A stretch of 15,140 bases of DNA, taken from IMG/VR virus record IMGVR_UViG_2698536369_000028, positions 1 to 15,140 of that record; one strand, 5' to 3'. How positions within the stretch are numbered: the first letter of the stretch is position 1; each line of letters starts with the position of its first letter. This DNA comes from a virus. Lineage: Duplodnaviria > Heunggongvirae > Uroviricota > Caudoviricetes. Below are positions 1-8,382 of the stretch, piece by piece. The position numbers were made by a program, and so were the translations under genes. Below the pieces are notes generated by a model, which ran no database searches, was not told where the DNA came from, and worked only from the letters and a program-made list of their open reading frames with translations.

Positions 1-1269
1 ATGCCAAAACTCACAGATATGCAGATCCGCGCATGGATAAAGGCGGGAGACAGATTTGATGGCAAGGCAGACGGCAACGGCCTTTATATTTGCTACCCCA
101 AAAACTACACAGTCCCGTTCTGGCGATTCCGATATAAGCTCGCAGGAAAACAGCGGGCTATGGTTATCGGCTCTTACTCCGAACTGTCACTATCAAAAGC
201 CAGAGAAACAGCAAAAGAGCTGTCAGCCAGAGTTGCTCTTGGCTATGACGTAGCAGCAGAAAAACAGGAACGAAAAGCTGAAGCCCTGGCAAAAATGGAG
301 GCTGAGAAAAACGCCATGCGCGTTTCAGATCTGGCCGCCGAATACTTCGAGCGACAGATACTTCCGAGATGGAAACATCCCGATATCCTTCGCCGGAGAA
401 TTGATAAGGATATTAACCCCTGCATTGGGCATATGAAGGTAGAGGACGTTAAGCCACGCCACATTGACGACATGTTGAAAGGTATCGTTGACCGAGGAGC
501 ACCAACGATAGCAACAGATGTATTACGCTGGACACGCCGTATCTTTGACTATGGGATAAAACGCCACGCTCTGGAGATAAACCCTTGTTCAGCGTTTGAA
601 GTATCTGATGCTGGTGGTAAAGAGGTTTCCCGCGACCGTTGGCTAACTCGCGATGAGCTTATCAAGCTATTCGAGGCTATGCGCACCGCAAAAGGATTCA
701 GCCGCCAGAACGAACTGACATTTAAGCTATTGCTGGCACTATGCGTTCGTAAGATGGAGTTATGCGCCGCACGATGGGAAGAGTTTGATTTAGATGGTGC
801 GGTATGGCATTTGCCGGAAGAACGCAGCAAAAACGGAGACCCTATTGATATACCTCTACCTTCTCCAGCCGTTGAATGGTTGAGAGAGCTACACACCTTT
901 TCATGTAATAGCGCATGGGTGCTTCCGGCCAGGAAGATGCAAAACAGAATGATCCCACATATTCAGGAAAGCACTTTACCCGTAGCACTGGCTAAGGTTC
1001 GCGCCGAAATGCCGGATGTGCCTAATTTCACGATTCACGACTTCCGGCGTACCGCACGTACTCATTTAGCAGCATTGGGTGTTGATCCTGTCGTAGCGGA
1101 ACGATGCCTCAATCATCGCATTAAGGGTGTAGAGGGGATTTATAACCGCCATCAGTATTTTGATGAGCGTAAAGCTGCGCTGGCACAGTGGGCTGATCTG
1201 CTGGTGGAACTGGAAAGCGGAAATGACTACAACGTAACGCCATTCGATAAAGCCAGGAGGCAAATGTGA
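1..1269 (+). CDS. int: Tyrosine recombinase, P4-family phage integrase (422 aa)
   Basis: Seen: N-terminus MPKLTDMQIRAWIKAGDRFDGKADGNGLY and C-terminal HDFRRTART...NHRIKGVEGIYNRHQY. Established: this N-terminal arm-binding pattern and the catalytic R/H/R/Y region are typical of P4-type integrases. Starts at window position 1, so upstream context (att site, tRNA/tmRNA) is not visible. Confidence 0.9.
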   Translation: MPKLTDMQIRAWIKAGDRFDGKADGNGLYICYPKNYTVPFWRFRYKLAGKQRAMVIGSYSELSLSKARETAKELSARVALGYDVAAEKQERKAEALAKMEAEKNAMRVSDLAAEYFERQILPRWKHPDILRRRIDKDINPCIGHMKVEDVKPRHIDDMLKGIVDRGAPTIATDVLRWTRRIFDYGIKRHALEINPCSAFEVSDAGGKEVSRDRWLTRDELIKLFEAMRTAKGFSRQNELTFKLLLALCVRKMELCAARWEEFDLDGAVWHLPEERSKNGDPIDIPLPSPAVEWLRELHTFSCNSAWVLPARKMQNRMIPHIQESTLPVALAKVRAEMPDVPNFTIHDFRRTARTHLAALGVDPVVAERCLNHRIKGVEGIYNRHQYFDERKAALAQWADLLVELESGNDYNVTPFDKARRQM

Positions 1270-1916
1270 ACAACATCTTGAGAAAATCGCCAATCGAACG
1301 GCTTTGTTCATCTGTATCGATTACCCCTCATGAAATGGCTGTGGCCTTGGCTGGCCTAAACCCATCTATGCGCATTAGCGATGTGCCTGAGGAAAATTTC
1401 GAATATGTCGATTTTGTCAGAACTCATCTTGCCAGAGCTATCAAGGTGTACAGAGGTGAAAAAACTAGTAAAGACGAGCCTTGCCATGCCCTTGATATTT
1501 TCTTAGCTTCTTACCCATTTATTGACACAAATACACCAGAAATAATTGTTCAGAAAATATCAGAAGCGATTGATGATTTGCGTGGCACCAAGGGATGGGA
1601 AGAAAAAGCCCGAAATCTTGGAGGACTCCAGTTAGTAAACTACATCAAAGAAACCAACCGCAGCGGACGTGGGCAGCATAGAAAGCAGGATGAGGAAAAC
1701 GGGACAATGAAAATGATGGGGTTGATAGTACATCTGCTGATAAAAAAATCAGGCTCATCTTCCTACATCCAAAATGGGAAACCTAATCGCACAGCTATAT
1801 ACCGTGACATAGAAACCTTAATCAAGGATGAAGGGATATCCCATAAAGGAATAGCAAAAGCCACATTCCTAGAAAAAATCTCACGGGCTTTATTAGCTGT
1901 CCACGATCTCGACTAA
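1266..1916 (+). CDS. Hypothetical protein (216 aa from GTG; alternative in-frame ATG at 1335)
   Basis: Seen: long ORF whose GTG overlaps the integrase stop; AT-rich by eye relative to neighbours; no motif I recognise. Start codon uncertain. Confidence 0.5.
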   Translation: MNNILRKSPIERLCSSVSITPHEMAVALAGLNPSMRISDVPEENFEYVDFVRTHLARAIKVYRGEKTSKDEPCHALDIFLASYPFIDTNTPEIIVQKISEAIDDLRGTKGWEEKARNLGGLQLVNYIKETNRSGRGQHRKQDEENGTMKMMGLIVHLLIKKSGSSSYIQNGKPNRTAIYRDIETLIKDEGISHKGIAKATFLEKISRALLAVHDLD

Positions 1917-2407
1917 TCACTTTTCACGCCCCTCCAAAGCAATGGCGGGGCTTACCTCATATGACGAGGAATTACCTGTTTACCCATCTCCACCAGCATA
2001 GATAATTCTCGCCTAGCCATTGCTATATCTGTTCAGCTTAGTTCATCTGTAATCACCCCATCTCTAAAAGATACGCCAGCTATCATTAGCCATTTTAAGC
2101 CATCATGAGCCATTATAAACCGACTCAACCAATTGAATAATAAAAGATAAAAAGAAATGTAAAAACATGATGAATGACGATGAAAGATATAACTCTTTGA
2201 TAAAACAATGATTTTTTAAAACAGGTAACTAATTGAAAATAAAGAAAATAATTACCCCCCCCTGCATTTGGAATCTTTCAGTGGATCGGTATTTTTTCAA
2301 TAGATTTATAATTTCTTTCGATAGATTCTAGTCTTAATAGAAATACTGTATAGGCAACCACTAAACTTTAAGTAACTTCACGAGCTATCAGAGAGGTTAC
2401 TAGAGAT

Positions 2408-2626
2408 ATGACAGCACACAAGCCAGCATCATCAGCTATCCCAACAACTGGATACATCCGTCGCTTTCGCATGCCGGAATTGCTAGGTGTTTCACTGCCT
2501 ACTATTGATAGATGGGTTAAAAATGGCACTCTTCCACGCCCAGTGAAGCTGACAGATAACGTGACTGCGTTTGATGCGGTGGAAATTAATAACTGGCTGG
2601 CAGAACGCCGAAACACATCAGCCTGA
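2408..2626 (+). CDS. alpA: AlpA-family phage transcriptional regulator / excisionase-like HTH protein (72 aa)
   Basis: Seen: IRRFRMPELLGVSLPTIDRWVKNGTLPRPVKL...AFDAVEINNWL; GAGAGG about 12 nt upstream of ATG. Established: matches the AlpA (Phage_AlpA) HTH pattern and the usual int-alpA neighbourhood. Confidence 0.85.
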   Translation: MTAHKPASSAIPTTGYIRRFRMPELLGVSLPTIDRWVKNGTLPRPVKLTDNVTAFDAVEINNWLAERRNTSA

Positions 2627-2700
2627 TTAAATGACTACGGGGGATGACGTTCTACCCCACCAGCAAATAAAAGTAACTTAATTCGACAGCAGGAGTTTCA

Positions 2701-3399
2701 ATGAAACGTCCAAATATGCCCGTACAGGGGCAGGGCTTCGTTCGGCCTGAAACCAGCATGAGCGATATTCTGGTTAGTCACAAACAGGAGTCGCGCATTG
2801 ATTCGCGCTTATTTGCTGAGCGTATTGGCATAAAGCACAAAAACCTTTATTCGCTCATTCAGAAGCACAAAACCGGATTGCGTGAACTGGGCATCCTTCC
2901 GTTTCAAACGGAGCGATTAAAAACCCGTCAAAATGGGGAGCGTGAACATAAGTTTGCCCTCCTGAATAGCGATCAGTTTGATTACATGTGTCGCATTGTG
3001 CGCGGTCGTGATGATGAACGCATGAACCGCTTCAAGCTGGATGTTACAAAGGCATTTGCAAAGCGTCGCGCCGCTGAACCCGTACGCCGCGAATATCTGC
3101 CGGGCTATCACGAAAGCCGTGAGGGGCTTAAAGCACTGGGTGCAGAACGTCACCACTACATCAATCTGGCACGCACAGAAAACCGTTTTGCCGGATTGGT
3201 AACAGGTGAACGCCAGGCAGCCAGCGATCCGCAGTTAGGTTTGCTGGTGGTCATGCAGAAAATCGAGCAGGCAGCATTTCACGAAGCGATACAGAACGGC
3301 ATGACACCGACCGAAGCGGTGCGGGAGGTTGCCCGCCGCATGGAGACGTTCGCCAGCCTGATAACGTCAGCGCCGTCTCTGGGGGTGAAATATGCGTAA
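2701..3399 (+). CDS. Rha-like phage regulatory (antirepressor-type) protein (232 aa)
   Basis: Seen: N-terminal ILVSHKQESRIDSRLFAERIGIKHKNLYSLIQKH. Inference: resembles the Rha-family N-terminal DNA-binding region from memory; not verified by search. Confidence 0.6.
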   Translation: MKRPNMPVQGQGFVRPETSMSDILVSHKQESRIDSRLFAERIGIKHKNLYSLIQKHKTGLRELGILPFQTERLKTRQNGEREHKFALLNSDQFDYMCRIVRGRDDERMNRFKLDVTKAFAKRRAAEPVRREYLPGYHESREGLKALGAERHHYINLARTENRFAGLVTGERQAASDPQLGLLVVMQKIEQAAFHEAIQNGMTPTEAVREVARRMETFASLITSAPSLGVKYA

Positions 3400-4168
3400 T
3401 TATGTTATCCCGCCCAATCATGAAGGCGGTTATATTTATGTGGCGCTTTCTGACATTGGATTAGTTAAGGTTGGAAAAACCAGAAATGTTTCAGCCAGAA
3501 TGAAACAGCTATCCACTGGTAGCGGCATCGAAATCACTAAAGTTGAGGTGTTGGGGCCATTTGTTAATTACGGACAAGTTGAGTTAGCTATTCATGCAAA
3601 ACTTTCATCAGAACGCCGCTCTGGTGAATGGTTTTCTGCCGATTTGGATACGGTTAAAGCAATTGCCATCGACGCATCAAGAATTGGCACTCCAGGTACG
3701 AAGTTAGTTAATAAAGATGTTAACCATCCAATAATTGTTTACTTGTGGCTTGACGCACATGAGAAACACACCGAGTACGAGAAAAAACTATGTGAAATAC
3801 TGTCTGATAGAGCAATTAACTTTCTTAATAATTATGGTGCGCCTTGCGTCCCATATGTTGCTTTATGCATTCATACAATGGGGCAGGTCATTCTTCAACA
3901 AGGCCAAAAGGCCTACTCTGTGTATCCACGAGGATTTGAAGCGTCCTCATTGCATCAATTAAGGGAGGATTGGGGGAATTTTGCAGATAAAGATATTTTC
4001 GAAAACTCTGAATTTGACGAGTTTCTTATAGATATAAGCGATAAAGATAAATTTAAGTCCGCGGCTGAGAAATGGAGGTCTGAGGCAATAAATAATCTTT
4101 TCGCAGAACTTACAGATGATTACCAGCGCTGGTTAGCCCGCCACATGGAGGTGAGCAGCCATGCGTAA
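3392..4168 (+). CDS. T5orf172 (MUG113, GIY-YIG-like) domain protein with uncharacterised C-terminal half (258 aa)
   Basis: Seen: GYIYVALSDIGLVKVGKTRNVSARMKQLS...ELAIHAKLSSERRSGEWFSADLDTV, the typical T5orf172 pattern (GYIYV, KIGKT, R..L, GEWF). Gene is AT-rich by eye; start overlaps the upstream stop within ATGCGTAA. Confidence 0.7.
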   Translation: MRNYVIPPNHEGGYIYVALSDIGLVKVGKTRNVSARMKQLSTGSGIEITKVEVLGPFVNYGQVELAIHAKLSSERRSGEWFSADLDTVKAIAIDASRIGTPGTKLVNKDVNHPIIVYLWLDAHEKHTEYEKKLCEILSDRAINFLNNYGAPCVPYVALCIHTMGQVILQQGQKAYSVYPRGFEASSLHQLREDWGNFADKDIFENSEFDEFLIDISDKDKFKSAAEKWRSEAINNLFAELTDDYQRWLARHMEVSSHA

Positions 4169-4718
4169 ACCTGTCTTTTATGCCGGGCGCACTGAAATCT
4201 CTGTCATTAAATTCGATGACATTCAGGTGCGCATAGTGAGTATCAACGGCGAACCGTGGTTTGTTGGCGCTGATGTGTGTGCTGCGCTGGAAATCAGCAA
4301 TGTTACTGATGCCGTTTCAGTTCTGGATAACGACGAGGTAATGACCCTAGCTTTAACCGAGGGGCATTCCGGTAAGCGTGGTGGTGCCAGAAGCTGGAAT
4401 GTTGTCTCTGAATCAGGTTTCTACAAACTGATCGCCCGCAGCCGTAAAGCTTCCACACCAGGCACATTTGCGCACCGTTTCAGTAACTGGGTATTCCGCG
4501 AGGTTATCCCTTCAATCCGCAAAACGGGGGGTTATGGTGTTCCGTTTGCCATGCTGAATGATTTCAGTAAACGCCAGGCTGCCTATCAACAGGAAGCCAG
4601 CAAACGCGGTTACAGGTTACAGCAATGCAAAGAGGCAAAAGATGCACTGGAACGAGAAGAGCGGGCGCTATGGCGTAAATATCAGCCTGATTTTCTGGAG
4701 GGTGAAAACAATGTGTAA
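4161..4718 (+). CDS. Bro-N domain protein (phage antirepressor-type, 185 aa)
   Basis: Seen: FDDIQVRIVSINGEPWFVGADVCAALEISNVTDAVSVLD...ESGFYKLIARSRKA...FSNWVFREVIPSIRKTGGY, a classic Bro-N pattern. Start overlaps the upstream stop within ATGCGTAA. Confidence 0.85.
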   Translation: MRKPVFYAGRTEISVIKFDDIQVRIVSINGEPWFVGADVCAALEISNVTDAVSVLDNDEVMTLALTEGHSGKRGGARSWNVVSESGFYKLIARSRKASTPGTFAHRFSNWVFREVIPSIRKTGGYGVPFAMLNDFSKRQAAYQQEASKRGYRLQQCKEAKDALEREERALWRKYQPDFLEGENNV

Positions 4719-4765
4719 CGATCCGAACGTTACAGAAAGAAAAAGCGCTACGTTGCTGGATAACT

Positions 4766-4797
4766 GGCAAAACAAAGGCGACCGGGAGAGGTCGCCA
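4766..4797 (-). terminator. Candidate intrinsic terminator for the leftward small-gene operon
   Basis: Seen: inverted repeat GGCGACC (4777-4783) / GGTCGCC (4790-4796); on the minus strand the hairpin is followed by TTTGTTTTG (complement of 4768-4776). No T-run after the hairpin on the plus strand. Confidence 0.45.
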
Positions 4798-4862
4798 GTG
4801 GGAACAAAGGAAATCAAACGCATCGCCAACAATGCCAGATTTGCAGCTGGTGGGCAATGTGA

Positions 4863-5057
4863 TCAGTCAGATTTGGTTCGTTCCAGGGTTTGCAACGAGA
4901 GCTTTTTCCTGTGCTCTTTAAGGAATTTCTCAAGAGCAAACGAACAAGGTGCGAATCTTTCTGATTCATGTTCATGCGCTATATTTTTGCGTCGTCTCTT
5001 ACGAGTTGGTGATGGTGTTTTGGTTGATTCTTTATCGGTCATTGTGTTGTCCTGCAT
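4863..5057 (-). CDS. Hypothetical small basic protein (64 aa or shorter)
   Basis: Seen: ORF with charged, Lys/Arg-rich composition lying between the small minus-strand gene and the minus-strand terminator. No clear Shine-Dalgarno; start uncertain. Confidence 0.4.
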   Translation of the reverse strand: MQDNTMTDKESTKTPSPTRKRRRKNIAHEHESERFAPCSFALEKFLKEHRKKLSLQTLERTKSD

Positions 5058-5099
5058 AGCAATGCGCCTGCGTTCCTCAAACTATGGCGCTGATAGTGG

Positions 5100-5279
5100 C
5101 TATTCCTGCTCTTTGGCCTTCCGGCGCTGTCGGCGTTTGATCTCGCCGCGCATGGCTGCACTTATAAACTGCCCTGTACTTTCGCCTTCTTCTTTCACGT
5201 TTTCCATGCCTTCAATAATTTCATGGGCAATACGTGCAGTTACAGATTGTGATTTTGCATTCTTTGGACCTGTTGCCAT
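5100..5279 (-). CDS. Small putative DNA-binding protein, possible repressor (59 aa from internal ATG)
   Basis: Seen: AAGGAG 6 nt upstream of the ATG at 5279 (minus strand); protein MATGPKNAKSQSVTARIAHEIIEGMENV... Inference: short strand-then-helix layout looks ribbon-helix-helix-like; it is divergent from an operator-bearing promoter region. Confidence 0.5.
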   Translation of the reverse strand: MATGPKNAKSQSVTARIAHEIIEGMENVKEEGESTGQFISAAMRGEIKRRQRRKAKEQE

Positions 5280-5295
5280 GTCTAACTCCTTATGT

Positions 5296-5395
5296 TTTTG
5301 GTGTAAGACAATATACATGAAAAAAAATTATTTTGAAGGGTTGACGTGTAAGACACTGCTATTTTACATTGTGTCTTACACCTTGTTGGTGCAAG
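5296..5395. promoter_or_regulatory. Divergent promoter/operator region with three copies of a 10-mer
   Basis: Seen: GTGTAAGACA at 5301-5310 and 5346-5355, inverted copy TGTCTTACAC at 5372-5381; TTGACG at 5341-5346 with a possible -10 (TTACAT) about 17 nt downstream for rightward transcription. Sits between divergently oriented genes. Confidence 0.5.
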
Positions 5396-5478
5396 GTGCA
5401 GAAACGACGAAACCCGGCAGTGCTGGAACACTAACCGGGCTTCTAACCACCAACGATAGCAGAAGTATCGAGGTAGCT

Positions 5479-5682
5479 ATGAGAAATCATACCACACACC
5501 CGCAAGGGCGGGACTCGCACAACCTGAATAAATACATCTGGCGTTTTATCGCCCTGAGCACGGCACAACCGCGCGTAATCCACATTGAGGCCACCAGAGA
5601 ACAGGAAGCCCGTCAGCAATCCCCGGCTGGCTGCGTGATGGTATTTACTGCCCGCATCCGTCAGGAGGAACACTATGCGTGA
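5479..5682 (+). CDS. Small protein, Icd-like (host cell-division-inhibitor-like, 67 aa)
   Basis: Seen: GAGGT 5 nt upstream of ATG; KYIWRFIALSTAQPRVIHIEATREQEARQQ...VMVFTARIR. Inference: resembles Icd-like small proteins of P4-type elements from memory; unverified. Confidence 0.5.
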   Translation: MRNHTTHPQGRDSHNLNKYIWRFIALSTAQPRVIHIEATREQEARQQSPAGCVMVFTARIRQEEHYA

Positions 5683-5932
5683 TGAACGATTTATTCTTCT
5701 GGAGCAAAAATTCAGCGAAGCGCCAAAAAATGAAATTGATGCTCTTTTGCATATCGCGAATATGCTAAAAGTAGCAACGTTCCTTATAGTTTCGAATCTG
5801 GAGCATGAAACGGCGTTAGATATACTGAACAGTGCTGTCGATTATTCTGAATATATTGCCGAGGATAAATACAGGCAATTACCAGATTTGTTAACCCATA
5901 AATATAAAGAAGAACCCCATACCGGGAAATAA
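5675..5932 (+). CDS. Hypothetical protein (85 aa)
   Basis: Seen: ORF whose ATG overlaps the upstream stop within ATGCGTGA; lies in a same-strand gene string leading to the primase. No recognised motif. Confidence 0.5.
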   Translation: MRDERFILLEQKFSEAPKNEIDALLHIANMLKVATFLIVSNLEHETALDILNSAVDYSEYIAEDKYRQLPDLLTHKYKEEPHTGK

Positions 5933-5934
5933 AC

Positions 5935-6237
5935 ATGAAGAAGATTAAATTTACTGGCTTAAATGCCAGCGGACAGACTCACCCGAAAATCAGGATCGGG
6001 GATATTTTCCGGGATAAATATGGCGACAGTGTGGTTATTAATTCCGTGTATGAACGGCACATTACATACCGCCGCGCAGGGTACGACTATGACTGTGTGA
6101 TGCCCGTTCATCAGTTCCGGCGTGATTTTTCACTGGTATGTGCAGCACCACGCAGTAAGCCCACCAGTAAAGAGAAAGCACGGGCAAATATTCAGGTAAT
6201 AAAGAACATGATTAACGCATTCAGGGGCAAGAAATGA
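5935..6237 (+). CDS. Hypothetical protein (100 aa)
   Basis: Seen: ORF whose stop overlaps the primase start as ATGA. No recognised motif. Confidence 0.5.
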   Translation: MKKIKFTGLNASGQTHPKIRIGDIFRDKYGDSVVINSVYERHITYRRAGYDYDCVMPVHQFRRDFSLVCAAPRSKPTSKEKARANIQVIKNMINAFRGKK

Positions 6238-8360
6238 AACGCGCACCGAATTTAAAGCACCAGCCGAAAGACAAAATGACGGAGGTGATTATCTTTGCGG
6301 GTAGTGATGCCTGGGCACATGCGAAAGAGTGGAGCGAATGGGCCGGAAAGCATATTGCGGCAGATGATACACATCCAGTTATTCTTGGACCGGAACAACT
6401 GGCGAGTCTGGCAGACACGCAAATCATCGACAAAGGGCGCTATTACGTGCGCGTTTATCGTGCTGGTGAAATATCAGAGCAGCACCTTACACAGATAGCG
6501 ACACTGCTTGCAGTGGCGGGTGTGAAGGAGGCGCGTTGCTACCGCAGCTTTGTTGACCAGCAGCCGGAGGACTGGACACCGCGCATGGCTGGACTGAAGG
6601 ATGATGCGGAACGCGGTAACAGTCTGGTGTTCAACCTTCCGGCAAAGACAAATTTCACCGGAAATTATGATGACGAATTAAAGCCTCGTGTTGAAAGTCG
6701 CGTCGATGGTGTTTTCTGGGTAACGCCCAAAGTGGACAAGCAGTCAGGCGAAATTATCCGGCCTGAGACGTGGTTATGTTCTCCGCTTGAACTACTGGGA
6801 ACAGGAACAATCGGCAAAGAGCATTACCGCGTGATGCGCTGGAAAAAACCAGCAAACCATGAGGTCATTACAATGGCGGTCCCGTGCGGAGGCATTGGTG
6901 ACCGTGACGGCTGGCGGTTGCTGAAAGACCACGGTCTTAACGTGACGACCAACGGCAAATACAGAGCCATCCTGGCTGACTGGATGCAGTTAAGCGGAAG
7001 TCATGAGGAATGGCAGCTAAGCACTACAACGGGCTGGCATTTTGGTGCGTACATCATGCCGGATGGTTCGGTCATTGGTGAATCAGAGAAACCCATCCTG
7101 TTTACCGGAAAAACTGCCGCAGTTAATGGCTATTCCGTGGCGGGAACAGCGGAGGGCTGGCGCGATACCGTGGCGCGGCTGGCTGGTGGTAATCCGTCCA
7201 TGATGCTGGGTGTGGCGGTATCGCTATCCGCACCATTAATCGGGCTGGTGGGTGCTGACGGCTTCGGGGTTCATCTTTTTGAGCAATCATCAGCAGGTAA
7301 AACCACCACACAGAACATTGCATCAAGTTTATGGGGAGAGCCGGACGCGCAACGGCTGACCTGGTACGGAACGGCGTTAGGTATCGCCAACGAGGCCGAA
7401 GCACATAATGACGGGCTGTTACCCCTGGATGAAATAGGCCAGGCCGGAAACGCACGGGAGGTGTCCACGTCAGCCTATACGCTGTTTAACGGTTCCGGGA
7501 AATTACAGGGGGCGAAGGACGGCGGCAACAGGGAGATAAAACACTGGCGCACGGTGGCAATCAGCACCGGAGAAATGGACGTTGAAACATTCCTCAAAAC
7601 GGAAGGGATAAAAATTAAAGCGGGGCAGCTTGTCCGTCTGCTTAACGTACCGATGGAAAAGGCCTCGCAGTTTCACGAATACAGCACCGGAAAGGCGCAC
7701 GCAGACGCGTTAAAAGATGCCTGGACAGAAAATCACGGGGCGGCAGGTCGTGAGTGGGTTAAATGGCTGGCAGGCCACCAGCAGGAGGCAAAGGACGCGG
7801 TAAGGGCATGTCGCGAACGGTGGCGCAACCTGATACCGGAGAGCTACGGCGAGCAGGTTCACCGTGTGGGGGAAAGATTCGCCGTACTGGAGGCCGCGCT
7901 TGTGCTTTCCGGTCATGTTACAGGCTGGGATGTTCAGGCGTGCCGTGATGCAGTTCAGCATAACTTTAATGCCTGGGTGAAGGAATTCGGCACGGGCAAC
8001 AGGGAATTTAAACAGATGGTTGAACAGGCTGAGGCGTTTTTGTCGTCGTTCGGGTTCAGTCGATACCTTCCTTATCCAAACAGCGACGAGCGTGATTTAC
8101 CGATTAAAGACCTTGCCGGATACAGAAAGGGGAGTATCAGAAACGAAGATGACGAGTTCCGTTTTTACACGTTCCCGCATGTGTTTGAGGGTGAGATAGC
8201 ACAGGGATTTAATCCGTCTCACTTTGCCCGCGCGTTGAGTGCTGCCGGAATGCTGGAAGCGGGAGGCGACCGCCGTTACAAGAAAAAGGCGCTCGGCAGG
8301 ATTGGCGGGAAGCAGCATATTTTTTACGTGCTGATGTTCCAGCCTGAAGCAGAAGATTAA
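6234..8360 (+). CDS. Replication protein: primase (Toprim-like N-terminus) with a P-loop NTPase/helicase-like C-terminal region (708 aa)
   Basis: Seen: N-terminal TEVIIFAGSDAWAHAKEW...PVILGPEQ (Toprim-like) and a central P-loop-like SSAGKTT. Inference: D5/DUF927-type primase-helicase, consistent with the adjacent iteron origin, SSB and int/alpA backbone. Confidence 0.8.
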   Translation: MKRAPNLKHQPKDKMTEVIIFAGSDAWAHAKEWSEWAGKHIAADDTHPVILGPEQLASLADTQIIDKGRYYVRVYRAGEISEQHLTQIATLLAVAGVKEARCYRSFVDQQPEDWTPRMAGLKDDAERGNSLVFNLPAKTNFTGNYDDELKPRVESRVDGVFWVTPKVDKQSGEIIRPETWLCSPLELLGTGTIGKEHYRVMRWKKPANHEVITMAVPCGGIGDRDGWRLLKDHGLNVTTNGKYRAILADWMQLSGSHEEWQLSTTTGWHFGAYIMPDGSVIGESEKPILFTGKTAAVNGYSVAGTAEGWRDTVARLAGGNPSMMLGVAVSLSAPLIGLVGADGFGVHLFEQSSAGKTTTQNIASSLWGEPDAQRLTWYGTALGIANEAEAHNDGLLPLDEIGQAGNAREVSTSAYTLFNGSGKLQGAKDGGNREIKHWRTVAISTGEMDVETFLKTEGIKIKAGQLVRLLNVPMEKASQFHEYSTGKAHADALKDAWTENHGAAGREWVKWLAGHQQEAKDAVRACRERWRNLIPESYGEQVHRVGERFAVLEAALVLSGHVTGWDVQACRDAVQHNFNAWVKEFGTGNREFKQMVEQAEAFLSSFGFSRYLPYPNSDERDLPIKDLAGYRKGSIRNEDDEFRFYTFPHVFEGEIAQGFNPSHFARALSAAGMLEAGGDRRYKKKALGRIGGKQHIFYVLMFQPEAED

Positions 8361-8382
8361 CTTCCCTGTGTGAGGTAAAAAG

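Noticed and set aside
56-473. Alternative-frame ORFs (65 aa plus strand, 76 aa minus strand) inside the integrase gene
   Set aside because: Embedded in the well-supported integrase CDS; no independent support.
4558-5682. 374-aa plus-strand ORF spanning the Bro-N 3' end through the divergent promoter into the Icd-like gene
   Set aside because: It reads through a promoter/operator region and a hairpin terminator, and its middle section has non-protein-like composition (Cys/Ser/Arg-rich). More likely only the last 67 codons (Icd-like, with its own RBS) are real and the minus-strand small genes occupy the middle. The 4711 ATG (ATGTGTAA overlap) could still start a short plus-strand gene, but I cannot support it.
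7123-7961. Several 60-110-aa ORFs on both strands inside the primase/helicase gene
   Set aside because: Fully embedded in a long, well-supported CDS; Arg/Pro-rich translations typical of off-frame readings of GC-rich coding DNA.
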